62,526 nucleotides of DNA. Source: a virus (taxonomy: Duplodnaviria > Caudoviricetes). The first letter of the stretch is position 1, and each line of letters begins with the position of its first letter. Shown piece by piece: positions 15,368 through 27,541 of the stretch. Location: the IMG/VR virus record IMGVR_UViG_3300031972_001459, positions 1 to 62,526 of that record; one strand, written 5' to 3'. Below the pieces are notes generated by a model. It had not been told where the DNA came from. It did no database searches and was given only the letters and a program-made list of their open reading frames with translations. Made by a program: the position numbers and the translations under genes.

Positions 15368-18300
15368 ATGACAGTAGATAGAGTTAAATTTCAAGAAATC
15401 GTTGAAAGTCAACTCCCTAGGTACGTTAGGGAAGACTTTCCTCTGTTAAGCGATTTTATAAAACAGTATTATATCTCTCAGGAAATTGAAAGTGGTCCTA
15501 TTGATATTCTTAATAACATTGATCAGTACGTAAAAGTAGATCAATTATGTGATATTGTTGACTCTACTACACTTGTTGATTCATTAGATACTATTGATAC
15601 TACTATTGTTGTAAATTCTACTGAAGGATTTTCAGATAACAATGGTATTATTCAAATTGATAATGAAATTATATACTATGGAACCAAAACTTCAACTACA
15701 TTTGTAGATTGTTCTAGAGGTTTTAGTGGAGTTACAACATATATTACCTCTGGTGCACCAGATGAACTAACATTTTCTTCAACAATCGCAGATTCTCACA
15801 CTACAGGTGCGACTGTTAAGAATTTAAATATACTTTTTCTTAAGCAATTCCTCACTAAACTTAAAAGACAGGTAACACCAGGGTTTACTGATAGGAACTT
15901 TTACACAGGATTGGATAAAAGAAACTTTATAATCAATTCTGACAGTTTTTATAAGTCAAAAGGTACTGAACAATCTTACGAAATACTCTTCCGAGCACTG
16001 TATGGGGAAGATGTTGAACTTATTCGTCCATCAAAGTTCCTTTTAACACCATCTAACGCCGATTACAAGGTCACTAAAGACTTTGTTGTAGAACAACTTC
16101 AGGGTGATCCGTTAAATTTAAAGAATCTTACGATATATCAAGACTTAACTAGTGCAAGAGGGTCTGTTACTAACGTTCAACAGATACCTTATGAGAACTT
16201 TCAGTACTATCAAATCAGTATTGACTCTGGTTTTGCGAGAGATAGTGATGTAAGTGGTTCTATCTACGGACAATTTAAACCAAATCCACTCACAAAAGTC
16301 CTAAATGACGTAAGTATTGGTTCAACTATCATTGATGTTGATTCTACAATTGGATTTCCCGAGACTGGTAGTCTTAGTGTACTGGATATTGACAACAATG
16401 AGTTATCTGTCGCATATAATGGTAAGACTTTAAACCAATTTTTCAATACAAGTGGTGTTAGTGGCAAAATTGTAAAGAAAACTAATATAACTTTAGACAC
16501 ATATTCGTATGCATACGTCGGTATTGACACTACTCAGCAGATAAGAGTCAGATTTACTGCTACAGTGAAGGATTTTATCCCCAATGAACTAAATTATTAC
16601 TATAAACCACATGATACCATAGAACTGAAGTCTCTTGGTTACGAATCTCCCACCAAAAAGGCAAATAATTACGTATTAAACGTAAAAACTAACTGGGATG
16701 TCGTAGAATCTAGTGTTATTGACGCAGATGCCTTTGTTTATCAGTTTGAATTTGCAAAAGAGCACTTTTTTAGAGAAGGTTATACCGTAAGATATGAAAA
16801 TTTAGACGGAACTTACTCTATTTTTGGCACAGTTTCCAGAGTTTTCTCTTCAACGGCCATTAGAGTGACTTTTTCGCAACAAATTAACCTGAAAGGTCAG
16901 TTTGTAATTGAAAATCAGACGTTGAAGGGTGCATCTCAGGCATATCCTTACCTGAATAATTATATTGCAAACGTTCAAAACACATATTCTAAGTATAATG
17001 ACGATGTAATTATTGCATCTAACTCTATTGCAAAGTATGATGACATTGAAACTGATCCATACGACAAAAAAATAACTTTTAGTGCAAATTTAACTTCAAC
17101 AGAAAATCTCACACTACCAGTTAATCCCACGTCAAGACCTGATCATGGTTTTTATACTGGTGATGCAGTATATTTTACCTCTGCAGGAAATGGTTTTGAG
17201 GGTATGCCATCAGCGTCTTACTTTGTTTTCAGAGTTGATGAGGAGACTATTAAACTTTCTAGAAGTAAGGCTGACTTGTCTAGAAAACTTTACATCACAT
17301 TTAATGGTTCTGTAGTTAATGCATCTCTTGCATATCTTGATTTCTACGATAAAGAGATAGAACCTCAGGGTTTGTATAGACAAATTCTAAAACCAATTAA
17401 TGACAATAAGTCTTATATCACTAGAGCTGGTTATACTGGCATATTCGTTAATGGTGTTGAACTATTAAACTACAAAGCACAAAGTAGTGTTTATTATGGA
17501 AAACTTAATAGTTTGTCCATGACAACTGGTGGTGGTGGGTATGACATCATCAATCCTCCAGTATTGTCAATTAAGGATGAAGTTGGTTATGGTGCTACTG
17601 GATTCTGTAACGTAAAGGGGTCACTCATAAGACTCGATGTTACAGATTCTGGTCTTGGTTATTATGAACCTCCCACAATCTCTATTAGTGGTGGTAATGG
17701 ATCTGGGGCTAAGGCAGAACCAAGAATGGTTTCTATTAAACATGAAAATTCATTCTTTGCAGATTTCCCGAGTCAAGTTGATCTAATCAATAACACAATT
17801 ATCTTCCCAAGTGATCATAAATTTTTGGATGGTGAAGAGATAATTTACGAACCAAGAGGAACAGAAGTCGTTTCTGGTCTTACAACAGGTGGTTCATACT
17901 ATGTTAGAGTTACTGGTCAAAAAAGTATGAAACTTCATACTAATAAAGGTGATGCCTTTGTTGGTATTAATACAGTCAATATTACAAAGTATGGATCTGG
18001 TACACAATACTTTGTTGCATCAGATCTAAAACTGGTTGTATCTTCGGTTGTAGTGACTGATCCGGGACAAAACTACGAGAACAAGAGAAGAACAATTCCT
18101 GCTATAGGTGTCAACACAGTATCTGATCAGGTAGAGATTGCAAATCATGGATATGAATCAAAAGAAATTGTAAGATATACGAAACCAGATGTTGGAGATA
18201 GTATTCAGGGACTATCTGAAAATACTGATTATTATGTTGTCAAGGTTAATGATAATGCATTCTCGTTGACAAATGTTGGAATTGATTCAGTTGCAACAGA

Positions 18301-21300
18301 TCATTATTATGATAATGGTATTATTATTAATTTCTCCAATGAAGGTTTGGGTTCTTTCAATTATCCACCGATTGTTGTAACCGTTGAAGGAGCTGCAGCA
18401 TCTTATGATAAGACATTTGTTGAAAATTTCCAGGAACTATTCATAATTGAATCACCAATTGAAGAAAATATTACAACTCCCGTGTTTGTTCTTGCATGGA
18501 CTGGTCCTGACGGTGGTCTAGCAGAAATTACACGTAATGGGACACAAACAGAAGAATTTTATGTTGAAGTAAATGAGGGTACTAACTGGTTGATTAGTGA
18601 TAATCCGTTTATTGGTAACATTCTTCTTTATGATGCCAAACTTCAACCGATCTTTAGAGGTTCTATTGAGACTATTGATTTAACTTCAACTGGTGTTGGT
18701 TATGGTTCCTCAGATATTGTCGATTTCGTAAGACAACCAGAAGTTACATTTGAAGCTGGTGTTAATGCAAAATTGACGCCTATCATCAATAATGGTGAAA
18801 TTGCAGAAGTTGTTATCAATACCCCAGGTAATGGTTATAATTCTCCACCAGATTTACAGATTGTAAGTGAAACTGGCAACTATGCGGTTCTGATTCCTAT
18901 TATTGAAAATGGTTCTATCAAAAATATAATCGTATCGAAAGGTGGTGCTGGTTATGTTACAGGAAAGACTAGTGTTAATGTAATACCGTCTGGCGGTGGT
19001 GCTAGAGTAAATGCGAATATTCAGGCTTGGAATATAAACTTGTTTGAGAAAAACTTCAATAATATACTCGATGATGATGGTGTTATTGAAGAGAATCTTT
19101 CTAATAAATCACTAGAGTATTGTGCAACATATCTACCCAGACCTCTTCGTAGGACTTTGAATGTAGTTAATGGTTTTGATAAGGATAATGAACTGTATGG
19201 TACTTTTGACCTAAGTTTTGATCAACAGACTGGTGAAGAAATTAATAGTATTTACCACTCACCCATTGTTGGATGGGCTTATGATGGTAATCCGATTTAT
19301 GGTCCATATGGATTTAAAAATATTGATGGTACCGGTGACATTTCTCGAATGGTATCTGGTTATAAATTGGCTAGAGTTCAAAAAGGTAGACCTTCTTATA
19401 ATTCATTTCCAAATGGTTTCTTTGCCAATGACTATATCTTTACTGGAGATGGTGATTTAGATGTTCATAATGGAAGATTCTGTGTAACACCCGATTACCC
19501 AAATGGGGTATACGCATATTTCTGTACTATCTCTGAAGGAATTGACACTGATGGTCCATTCACTAATTACAGAAGACCAGTATTTCCATATGCGATTGGT
19601 GACACATATAAGTCAACACCCATTGCGTTTAACTTCTTAGCAAGATCTAACCAGACTGATTATGATATTGAAGGTAAGGGTTGGTTTAGAAATACCAAGT
19701 ATTACTATACGAATGATGGACAGAGTGGATATGATTATATCTTTAACTCCAACACAGTAAGAAAGCAGACTATTGATGTTACTGCAACATCTGCAGGATC
19801 TGTTGATGACATTTCAATCTTTGATTCTGGTACTGATTACCGAGTCAATGATAGAGTGATATTTAATAATACTGGAACCAAAGGTAGTAATCTAAATATC
19901 AAGGTTTCTCAAGTTGGTGGTAAAAAAGTAAATAATGTGAGTCTTGCGACGACAGTCATCAATGATGTTGAATTTTATTCGAATAGTGTTTCTAGTCAAT
20001 TCGTTGGTTTAACTTCAGCACCACACAATTTTCTTCCTGGCAATATTATTTTTATTGATGGTATTTCTGAGTCATACAAGAATTTGCAAGGTTCTTATAG
20101 TGTTGGTGTAAGTAGTGACAGATGGTACACATCTTTGGGTATTAATACAGGACCAGTAACTGGTATTGTGACTTATGTGTATGTTTCTGGTTCACTTGAT
20201 GAATCTATCATTGCACCAGATGATATTTTAAGAATTGAATTTGAAAAACTTAAAGTTCTAAACATTGATAAAAAATCAAGTAGAATTAGAGTTTTGAGAG
20301 GTTACGATAATACTTTTGCTGTTACTCATAGTGCCGGTACATTAGTTAGAAATGATCCTAGAAAACTAGCATTTACTGCTACAGGTATTGTTACCACAAA
20401 ACAACTTGTAACAAACAGACAACTTTATTTTGAACCAAACGAGGCAATAGGTCTTGGTACTCAAACTGTTGGTACAGCAACCACATTAGTTTTTGCTAAT
20501 CCAGGTGTAGGTCAAACCCAGTTGAGAGTTGATCAACAACAAATCTATATCCCAGACCATAGATTGGGATTGAATACCCCTATAACCTATTATACTAATG
20601 GAGGAACATCAATTAGTGCATGGAGTGGTATTACTAGTTCTAATATATTCCAATTAGAGTCTACCAGAAATCTTTTTGCAGTTCCCATCAATAAGGACAT
20701 ACTTGGTATTGCAACTGTTCGTGTTGGTATTGATAGTATTTCTGGTGAATATGTTGGAGTTACTAGTGGAACCGGTGCACTTCTCTACTTCACAACATCT
20801 GCAGGTCTTGGTAGTTATCATAGTTTTAAAACTAATCTTCCGTCAGTATTGAGTGGTAGAGTTTCTAAAAATGTTGTTACTGTTTCTACTGCAAGTACTC
20901 ATGGCATAAAACCTGGTGATAGAGTTGAGATTGATGTAAATCCAACTACAACTACAGAAATAACTGTCGTCTATGATGATTATAATAGGAGAATGGTATT
21001 TGATCCCGATACTATCGAACCTAGTGGAATCAACACTGCATTTAATACATTTACTGTACCCAACAATAAGTATCAAGTTGGTGACAAGATTATCTATAGT
21101 TCAGTAATACCTGATCCTAGTCTTTCCAACAAAGGTCTATATTATGTTTATGTCTTTAAGAATGATCAAATCAAATTGGTCGAGTATGCTTCAGAATTAG
21201 GAAAAGAGAACCCAACATTTGTCAATATTGGAACTGCACATACTACAACAATCTCTAGAATTAATCCTGCAATTAAGGTTCAAAAGAATCAGAATTTAAG

Positions 21301-24300
21301 ATTCAATCTTTCTGATAACTCTCTGTCATTCACTAATGCTGGTGCAACATTTCCAGCATTTGATATGTTTATCTTAAGTGATTCATCATATACAAACAAA
21401 TTCTGGATTTCGCAAAATTCCGATTCATTCGAAGTTACGAAATCTGGTATTATTGGTGTTGACACCAGTGCAAACCTGACTCTTAAGGTTACTGAGGACA
21501 TTCCTACTAATTTGTGGTATAACTTTGAAGTTGATAATGTAGATATTAATCTTCCGGTGAAGACAAGAAAGTATACTGATACTTCAGTTTATAATAATAA
21601 TCAAATTAATGTTGTTGGTAATAAATTTGATGGTGCTTACAGTGTTGTAGGTATAACATCTATGACTTTTGATTATAACATACCTTACAACAGAGATACT
21701 ACGAATCTATACGATTCGACTAATGCAGTTATTAGTTACAATACAAACTCTTCTGGTACAGTTGGTCCGATTTCGAGATTAAGTATCCTGAATGGTGGTA
21801 GAGGTTACAGATCTCTTCCTGGATTTACCTCGGTAAGAAGTTTGACAGGTTCTGGTGCACTATTACAACCAACCAGTACTTCTATTGGTAATATCATATC
21901 AACAAAAGTTAACTATATTGGTTTTGGTTACCCTTCAGATACAACTCTCAATGCTGCTGGTAACTTACCTGAGATTTTGAGAATTGAACCTTTGGCTTCA
22001 TTCGATTATATTGGTATTAGTTCTGCTGGTTTGAATTACTACGAGGTTCCTGAACTTGTCGTAGTTGATGGAGTATCAAAACTACAAATAACTGATGTAA
22101 AATTAGATTATGAGTTGGATGATACTGAAGTTACAATTATTCAGAACACAATTTCTTTGAATAATGTTACTCCATCGATTATTCCGATCAATAACTCGAA
22201 TGGATTTAGTATTAGTTCTATTACTTACAATTCCGTATCAAAAATTGTAAGACTTTCTCTATCTAAACAGTTTAGTGACCCTCAGGAGTGGCCATTTAAA
22301 GTTGGTGAGACAGTAATTGTTGAAAATATTGCCATTGGTTTTAATACCACTGGAAAAGGTTATAATTCAGAGAATTATGAATATGCATTATTCAGTTTGA
22401 CTGCGACTGACAGTAATTTAGGTGGTTCTGGTTCATATATCGAGTATGATCTTTCAGATTATCTTGGTGACGGAGAATTTCCAGGTCAAATAACATCTTT
22501 TGCGGCAGCAAAAGTAACACCAAAGACATATTTCCCAATTTTTGACATTAAACTCAAAATTTCCAATTTCTTTGATGGAGAAAAAGTAATAAATGATGAT
22601 GCTGTAGGTATTGTAGAAAGATGGGATCCTGTTAGTGAGTATCTGTTTGTTTCTACTAATTCTGATTTCGAAGTCGGTAGTATTATTGAGTCTGAAACCT
22701 CTCAAATTAAGTCTAGAGTCAAATCTAAGATTGATTTTAACTCAACTATCAGTATTGGTGCAGGAACAACATTTATTGATGGTTGGCAATCCAACTCTGG
22801 TATGTTGAATGACAATCTTCAAGTCATTCCCAATAATGAGTACTACCAGAACTTCTCATATTCACTCAAGTCGAGAGTTCCTTACAAGACTTGGGATGAC
22901 CCAGTAAGTTCCCTCAATCATACTGCTGGTTTTGATAAATTTGCAGATTTGGTTATCGATAACAATGCTGCTGGTATTGCATCAGCAAAAGAAGTAACTA
23001 TCGATACAGTGGTTGATCTTATCGGTGAGGGTGATCTATATTGTTTCCCTGATTTTGACGGTGCAACAGAAACCACGATTGATGTCATTAATGGTAAGAC
23101 TGTATCTGACCAAATTATATTCGAAAATCGAATTTTACTAGATTACTTTGAATCTAGAGGAAATAGAGTATTAGAACTGGATGATCTTAGTGGTCAATTT
23201 AATAGTAATCCAAGAGATACAAGATATTCTATTGTAGACTTCTTTGACAACAAATTCTACTTCAATAAGTTCTTTACCTTGGTTCAGGACAGTGAAGTTA
23301 GAAACAGAAAACAATCTAGTATTGTTTCTGTAGTACAAGATGGAACTAGAGGTTTTGTTAACCAATATGGTACTTTAGATACTGCAATGCCTTTGGGTTA
23401 TTTTGATTACATTGGTGCAGGAACTAGTTCATGGGGTCTAACATTCTATCCAACTCTGTTCAAGTATAATAACTACGACATATCTTACTTCACCTTTAGT
23501 GGATTGAATGATGTAACTGGAATTGCGACTCAACAACTTGGTGATGTAGTTAGAATTTCTACTGCGAGTACTAATGTATCTGTTGGAACCACTACTAATC
23601 TGGTATCAATTTCTTCTACCTATAGATCTGCAAAACTTCTTATTCAAATGGAAGATGCAGAAAATAACTATTACGGTAATGAACTAAACATACTTCACGA
23701 TGGAACAAATGTAACCACTCTTCAATATGGTGCAAATGACAACAAAGTTGGTCTTGCAGGTCTACCAAGTTCTGGATTTGGAACCTACAATGCATACATC
23801 TCTGGTGGATTAGTAAAAGTTGACATTATTCCAACTGTAGGGACTGCGGTTACTGCAAATGTGAGTATTGTTTCTATTGCAGACAATAGTGCTTCTGGAG
23901 TTTCTACATCAAATCTTGTAGTTACAAATCTATCATCCTATTCTAAATCTATTGTATCTTCAGGTTCTCCTGTTGAAAATATTGTTGCTTCTTACACATC
24001 TCCATTCAATTCTGAATACTTTATTGTATCAGTAGAAGATACTACAAACAATGAGTATGAGATGTTTGAGGTAAATGTCCTTGATAATGATGGGGTAAAC
24101 AGAATCGTCAAATATGGTGATATTAGAACCTACGTAGGTCTTGGAACAGTTGGGGTTACGAATGATAGTACCGAAACTCATCTTGTATACACACCAAATC
24201 CAAATATCAATGTTCAAATAAGAGCGTTTGGTATTTCTCTTAAGAATTTCGACAATATTGTTGGTATTTCTTCGATTGATCTTAATAACAACATTCTATT

Positions 24301-27300
24301 CTCGGAATATGGTACTTACACAGGTACAGAATTCGATAAGAAAACTTCATTCAGATTGAAATCAAATAATCTGGACGTATTTGAGAGGAGTTTTGTAGGA
24401 AACAGTACTTCTGTAGTTAATACTACTACCAACCAAGTTACTTTAAAAGATCACTATTTTGTAACTGGTGAGAAGGTTACTTATAGTTACGAGAACTCTA
24501 TTCTATCAACTGCAAACGCTATTGGGATTGGAACTACAAATATTGCCGGTGTATCTACCGACAAACTTCCATCTACTCTTTATATCGTCAAGTATAATGA
24601 AAAATCTGTAGGTTTTGCAAAAAGTGCAGCTGATGCATTGAACGTAGTTCCTACCGTACTTGATATTACTTCAATTGGTATCGGCACATTCCACAAAATT
24701 ACAGCAACCAACCAAAATGCTAGAGCATTGTTGGCAGTTGATAATATGATTCAGTCACCGGTAACCGAAGTGAATATTGAAACAAGTTTGAGTGAAAATA
24801 TCGTATTTGATGTAGACTTTGATGTTGCAGGAATTGCATCATTCAGGGCAAATGATTTACTTAAGATTGATGATGAAATTATGCTAGTCCAGAACACTGG
24901 AGTTTCTTCTGAGAATAGTCTCAGAGTTTTGAGAGCACAATTGGGAACAGAAGTTGCATCACATAATATAGGAACCTCAGTTAATCTACTTGGTGGCAAC
25001 TATAATATTGTTGATAATACGGTCCACTTTGCTTCTGCCCCGTTTGGAGCAACTCCAATTGGAACAACTACAGCAGGTCCTGATAATGTAGATTGGGTTG
25101 GTGTTACCACATACTCAAGTTTCCAAGGTAGAACGTTTATGAGAAGTGGTATTCTCAATGATGATAGAGATACTTATAGTACAAACTACACCTTTGACAA
25201 TATTCAAAGTGGATTTAATGGTCAGAGAAGGATCTTTACTTTGACTCAGAACGGTGAGAACTTAGTTGGATTTGCAACCAATCAGGCAATCATATTAAAT
25301 TCAAACATTCTTCAAGAACCACTGGGTGGTCAGATAACATCTGGAGACTATAGTTTCCTTGAAGTTGCTGGTGTTACAAGTATCACATATCTTGGTGATA
25401 GTGTTTCATCTGAAGAAGATCCCAATAAAGCATCAATTCCTAGAGGAGGAACACTTATTTCTGTTGGTTCTACTCCAGGATTTGGTTTCCAACCATTAGT
25501 TGGTGCTGGTGCTTCAGTATTCGTCAACTCTGGTGGTACAATCAACTCGATTAGTATTGGTAATAGTGGTTCTGGTTATAGAACTGGTATTCAAACTAAT
25601 GTAGGTGTTGGTATTATTACATCTTCTACTGGAGATGTAAAGGTTATTGGTATTGGTACTGCAAATATTGTTGATGGTTATGTAGATAGTATTGATCTTT
25701 ATAATCTTGGCTCTAACCTCGACTCCAATAATCCACCTGTTGTTGTAATAGACAAACCTCTTGGTTATTCAAATATTCCTTTGGTCTACAGTTCTGATTC
25801 TGCACCTGGTGTTGGAACTGGTGCAAGAGTTGATATTGTTGTTGGACAAGGTTCTAGTGTTATCAATTTTGATATTGTAAGTGGTGGTTTTGGATATAAT
25901 ATTGGTGATAAACTCAATATTGCCATTGGTGGTACAACAGGTGTTAAGACTGACTCAAGTCTTCCATTCATTCCGTTTGAATTGAATGTCATTGATGTAT
26001 ATCGTGATACCTTCAACGGTTTTACTGTTGGTGAACTTGAAGCATTTGATAGTGTTAACGAACTGTTTGATGGTTTATCTACTAAATTCCCTCTTACGAT
26101 TTCCCAACAACAGTTTGCGATAGAATCTAAGAAAGGTTCTAACATTAGCCTATCTCAAGCATTGATTATAACGATCAATGATGTCCTACAAGTTCCCGAA
26201 ATTGCGTATACCTTCACTGGTGGTGGTTATGTAGAATTTGCAGAACCTCCGAAAAAAGGCGATACTTGCAAAATTATCTTTTATAAGGGTACTCCAGATG
26301 TTGATGTTGTCTTTGTCGATATTCTTGAGACCGTTAAAATTGGTGATACATTACAACTGAAGAACGATATTTCAAAAGGTCAAACTTTCGGTTTATATCA
26401 AGACCCAAGAGTAGTAACTGGTATTACTACACTCGATACTGCAACAACTCTTGCTTATAATGGTCCTGGTGTTACTACGAATACTGCTCTCGTAAGACCT
26501 GTTACTTGGTGTAAACAGACTGATGATATTACCATTAATGGTGATTTTGTAACTAAGGATAGAATTGACCAAGAACCTTATATTTACCCTGCAGCATATC
26601 TAACATCTTATGTTGGGTTTACCAGTGTATATGGTTATGTTGATAGTATTAGACCATTGTTTAATTCTAGTCGTGAAACAAATCTTCTGGATTATCAGGA
26701 TAAGGTTGTAATTATTGATCAGGGAGCCATTGATGTTGCAACTGCTACTGCATCTACGGGTTCTGGTGGAATAATCACATCATTTACCGTAAGTAATGTT
26801 GGTGCCGGTTATTCTTATCTAACAACTCCTTCAGTATCAGTATCTTTGCCAGATGATATTAATGGAACCCGAGCAACAGGTATTGCATCAGTAACTGGTG
26901 ATGGAGTGGTATCTATTTCTGTCTCTAATGCAGGAACAGGATACACTCAGGCACCTAGTGTTCTTATTCAACAACCTTCCGTTAGAAGAGAACAGATTGG
27001 TGTTACATCATACTTTGGTGACTATGGTAATATCGTTGGTTATGCACATTCTGGTATCAATACTGCGTTTATTGAACTTTATATCCCAGAAGATTCTTAC
27101 ATGAGAGATGACACTATTTCTGGTGTTGCTGTTACAGTCAGTCAATTGATTCCAGGTGACTTCTTCGTAGTTAATGATTCAAATGTAGGTATATTTACTG
27201 GCAATAACTTTGACGGAATTTATTATGTTAAGAACGCAGAAAATGTTACCAAGAATCTTTCAAGTATTGGTCTTGGTGTCACTGTTGTTAGAAGAATTGA

Positions 27301-27505
27301 ATTTACAAGTCAAGGATATTCTTCTGGTTCTGGTACATTCGATAACTCACGTATTTTCGGTGAGTATACATGGGGTAAAGTACAGTTCATAAACAGAGTT
27401 CCTGCAACTGCGTTACAGTTCTTCCCTGAAGGTTATACTGGATTGTCGTCATCCCCTCTCGTACAGAGATTGGAACCTTTGAAATTCAATAATTATAATG
27501 TTTAG
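15368..27505 (+). CDS. gp7: Giant baseplate wedge initiator / virion structural protein (gp7-like) with a YHYH-like segment
   Basis: FY.SKGT..S..ILFR.LYGE; lies between gp6 and gp8; HSPIVGWAYDG.PIYGPYG. Confidence 0.8.
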   Translation: MTVDRVKFQEIVESQLPRYVREDFPLLSDFIKQYYISQEIESGPIDILNNIDQYVKVDQLCDIVDSTTLVDSLDTIDTTIVVNSTEGFSDNNGIIQIDNEIIYYGTKTSTTFVDCSRGFSGVTTYITSGAPDELTFSSTIADSHTTGATVKNLNILFLKQFLTKLKRQVTPGFTDRNFYTGLDKRNFIINSDSFYKSKGTEQSYEILFRALYGEDVELIRPSKFLLTPSNADYKVTKDFVVEQLQGDPLNLKNLTIYQDLTSARGSVTNVQQIPYENFQYYQISIDSGFARDSDVSGSIYGQFKPNPLTKVLNDVSIGSTIIDVDSTIGFPETGSLSVLDIDNNELSVAYNGKTLNQFFNTSGVSGKIVKKTNITLDTYSYAYVGIDTTQQIRVRFTATVKDFIPNELNYYYKPHDTIELKSLGYESPTKKANNYVLNVKTNWDVVESSVIDADAFVYQFEFAKEHFFREGYTVRYENLDGTYSIFGTVSRVFSSTAIRVTFSQQINLKGQFVIENQTLKGASQAYPYLNNYIANVQNTYSKYNDDVIIASNSIAKYDDIETDPYDKKITFSANLTSTENLTLPVNPTSRPDHGFYTGDAVYFTSAGNGFEGMPSASYFVFRVDEETIKLSRSKADLSRKLYITFNGSVVNASLAYLDFYDKEIEPQGLYRQILKPINDNKSYITRAGYTGIFVNGVELLNYKAQSSVYYGKLNSLSMTTGGGGYDIINPPVLSIKDEVGYGATGFCNVKGSLIRLDVTDSGLGYYEPPTISISGGNGSGAKAEPRMVSIKHENSFFADFPSQVDLINNTIIFPSDHKFLDGEEIIYEPRGTEVVSGLTTGGSYYVRVTGQKSMKLHTNKGDAFVGINTVNITKYGSGTQYFVASDLKLVVSSVVVTDPGQNYENKRRTIPAIGVNTVSDQVEIANHGYESKEIVRYTKPDVGDSIQGLSENTDYYVVKVNDNAFSLTNVGIDSVATDHYYDNGIIINFSNEGLGSFNYPPIVVTVEGAAASYDKTFVENFQELFIIESPIEENITTPVFVLAWTGPDGGLAEITRNGTQTEEFYVEVNEGTNWLISDNPFIGNILLYDAKLQPIFRGSIETIDLTSTGVGYGSSDIVDFVRQPEVTFEAGVNAKLTPIINNGEIAEVVINTPGNGYNSPPDLQIVSETGNYAVLIPIIENGSIKNIIVSKGGAGYVTGKTSVNVIPSGGGARVNANIQAWNINLFEKNFNNILDDDGVIEENLSNKSLEYCATYLPRPLRRTLNVVNGFDKDNELYGTFDLSFDQQTGEEINSIYHSPIVGWAYDGNPIYGPYGFKNIDGTGDISRMVSGYKLARVQKGRPSYNSFPNGFFANDYIFTGDGDLDVHNGRFCVTPDYPNGVYAYFCTISEGIDTDGPFTNYRRPVFPYAIGDTYKSTPIAFNFLARSNQTDYDIEGKGWFRNTKYYYTNDGQSGYDYIFNSNTVRKQTIDVTATSAGSVDDISIFDSGTDYRVNDRVIFNNTGTKGSNLNIKVSQVGGKKVNNVSLATTVINDVEFYSNSVSSQFVGLTSAPHNFLPGNIIFIDGISESYKNLQGSYSVGVSSDRWYTSLGINTGPVTGIVTYVYVSGSLDESIIAPDDILRIEFEKLKVLNIDKKSSRIRVLRGYDNTFAVTHSAGTLVRNDPRKLAFTATGIVTTKQLVTNRQLYFEPNEAIGLGTQTVGTATTLVFANPGVGQTQLRVDQQQIYIPDHRLGLNTPITYYTNGGTSISAWSGITSSNIFQLESTRNLFAVPINKDILGIATVRVGIDSISGEYVGVTSGTGALLYFTTSAGLGSYHSFKTNLPSVLSGRVSKNVVTVSTASTHGIKPGDRVEIDVNPTTTTEITVVYDDYNRRMVFDPDTIEPSGINTAFNTFTVPNNKYQVGDKIIYSSVIPDPSLSNKGLYYVYVFKNDQIKLVEYASELGKENPTFVNIGTAHTTTISRINPAIKVQKNQNLRFNLSDNSLSFTNAGATFPAFDMFILSDSSYTNKFWISQNSDSFEVTKSGIIGVDTSANLTLKVTEDIPTNLWYNFEVDNVDINLPVKTRKYTDTSVYNNNQINVVGNKFDGAYSVVGITSMTFDYNIPYNRDTTNLYDSTNAVISYNTNSSGTVGPISRLSILNGGRGYRSLPGFTSVRSLTGSGALLQPTSTSIGNIISTKVNYIGFGYPSDTTLNAAGNLPEILRIEPLASFDYIGISSAGLNYYEVPELVVVDGVSKLQITDVKLDYELDDTEVTIIQNTISLNNVTPSIIPINNSNGFSISSITYNSVSKIVRLSLSKQFSDPQEWPFKVGETVIVENIAIGFNTTGKGYNSENYEYALFSLTATDSNLGGSGSYIEYDLSDYLGDGEFPGQITSFAAAKVTPKTYFPIFDIKLKISNFFDGEKVINDDAVGIVERWDPVSEYLFVSTNSDFEVGSIIESETSQIKSRVKSKIDFNSTISIGAGTTFIDGWQSNSGMLNDNLQVIPNNEYYQNFSYSLKSRVPYKTWDDPVSSLNHTAGFDKFADLVIDNNAAGIASAKEVTIDTVVDLIGEGDLYCFPDFDGATETTIDVINGKTVSDQIIFENRILLDYFESRGNRVLELDDLSGQFNSNPRDTRYSIVDFFDNKFYFNKFFTLVQDSEVRNRKQSSIVSVVQDGTRGFVNQYGTLDTAMPLGYFDYIGAGTSSWGLTFYPTLFKYNNYDISYFTFSGLNDVTGIATQQLGDVVRISTASTNVSVGTTTNLVSISSTYRSAKLLIQMEDAENNYYGNELNILHDGTNVTTLQYGANDNKVGLAGLPSSGFGTYNAYISGGLVKVDIIPTVGTAVTANVSIVSIADNSASGVSTSNLVVTNLSSYSKSIVSSGSPVENIVASYTSPFNSEYFIVSVEDTTNNEYEMFEVNVLDNDGVNRIVKYGDIRTYVGLGTVGVTNDSTETHLVYTPNPNINVQIRAFGISLKNFDNIVGISSIDLNNNILFSEYGTYTGTEFDKKTSFRLKSNNLDVFERSFVGNSTSVVNTTTNQVTLKDHYFVTGEKVTYSYENSILSTANAIGIGTTNIAGVSTDKLPSTLYIVKYNEKSVGFAKSAADALNVVPTVLDITSIGIGTFHKITATNQNARALLAVDNMIQSPVTEVNIETSLSENIVFDVDFDVAGIASFRANDLLKIDDEIMLVQNTGVSSENSLRVLRAQLGTEVASHNIGTSVNLLGGNYNIVDNTVHFASAPFGATPIGTTTAGPDNVDWVGVTTYSSFQGRTFMRSGILNDDRDTYSTNYTFDNIQSGFNGQRRIFTLTQNGENLVGFATNQAIILNSNILQEPLGGQITSGDYSFLEVAGVTSITYLGDSVSSEEDPNKASIPRGGTLISVGSTPGFGFQPLVGAGASVFVNSGGTINSISIGNSGSGYRTGIQTNVGVGIITSSTGDVKVIGIGTANIVDGYVDSIDLYNLGSNLDSNNPPVVVIDKPLGYSNIPLVYSSDSAPGVGTGARVDIVVGQGSSVINFDIVSGGFGYNIGDKLNIAIGGTTGVKTDSSLPFIPFELNVIDVYRDTFNGFTVGELEAFDSVNELFDGLSTKFPLTISQQQFAIESKKGSNISLSQALIITINDVLQVPEIAYTFTGGGYVEFAEPPKKGDTCKIIFYKGTPDVDVVFVDILETVKIGDTLQLKNDISKGQTFGLYQDPRVVTGITTLDTATTLAYNGPGVTTNTALVRPVTWCKQTDDITINGDFVTKDRIDQEPYIYPAAYLTSYVGFTSVYGYVDSIRPLFNSSRETNLLDYQDKVVIIDQGAIDVATATASTGSGGIITSFTVSNVGAGYSYLTTPSVSVSLPDDINGTRATGIASVTGDGVVSISVSNAGTGYTQAPSVLIQQPSVRREQIGVTSYFGDYGNIVGYAHSGINTAFIELYIPEDSYMRDDTISGVAVTVSQLIPGDFFVVNDSNVGIFTGNNFDGIYYVKNAENVTKNLSSIGLGVTVVRRIEFTSQGYSSGSGTFDNSRIFGEYTWGKVQFINRVPATALQFFPEGYTGLSSSPLVQRLEPLKFNNYNV

Positions 27506-27541
27506 ATAAATACAAACATAGAAAAGGATTCTGTATAAAAG

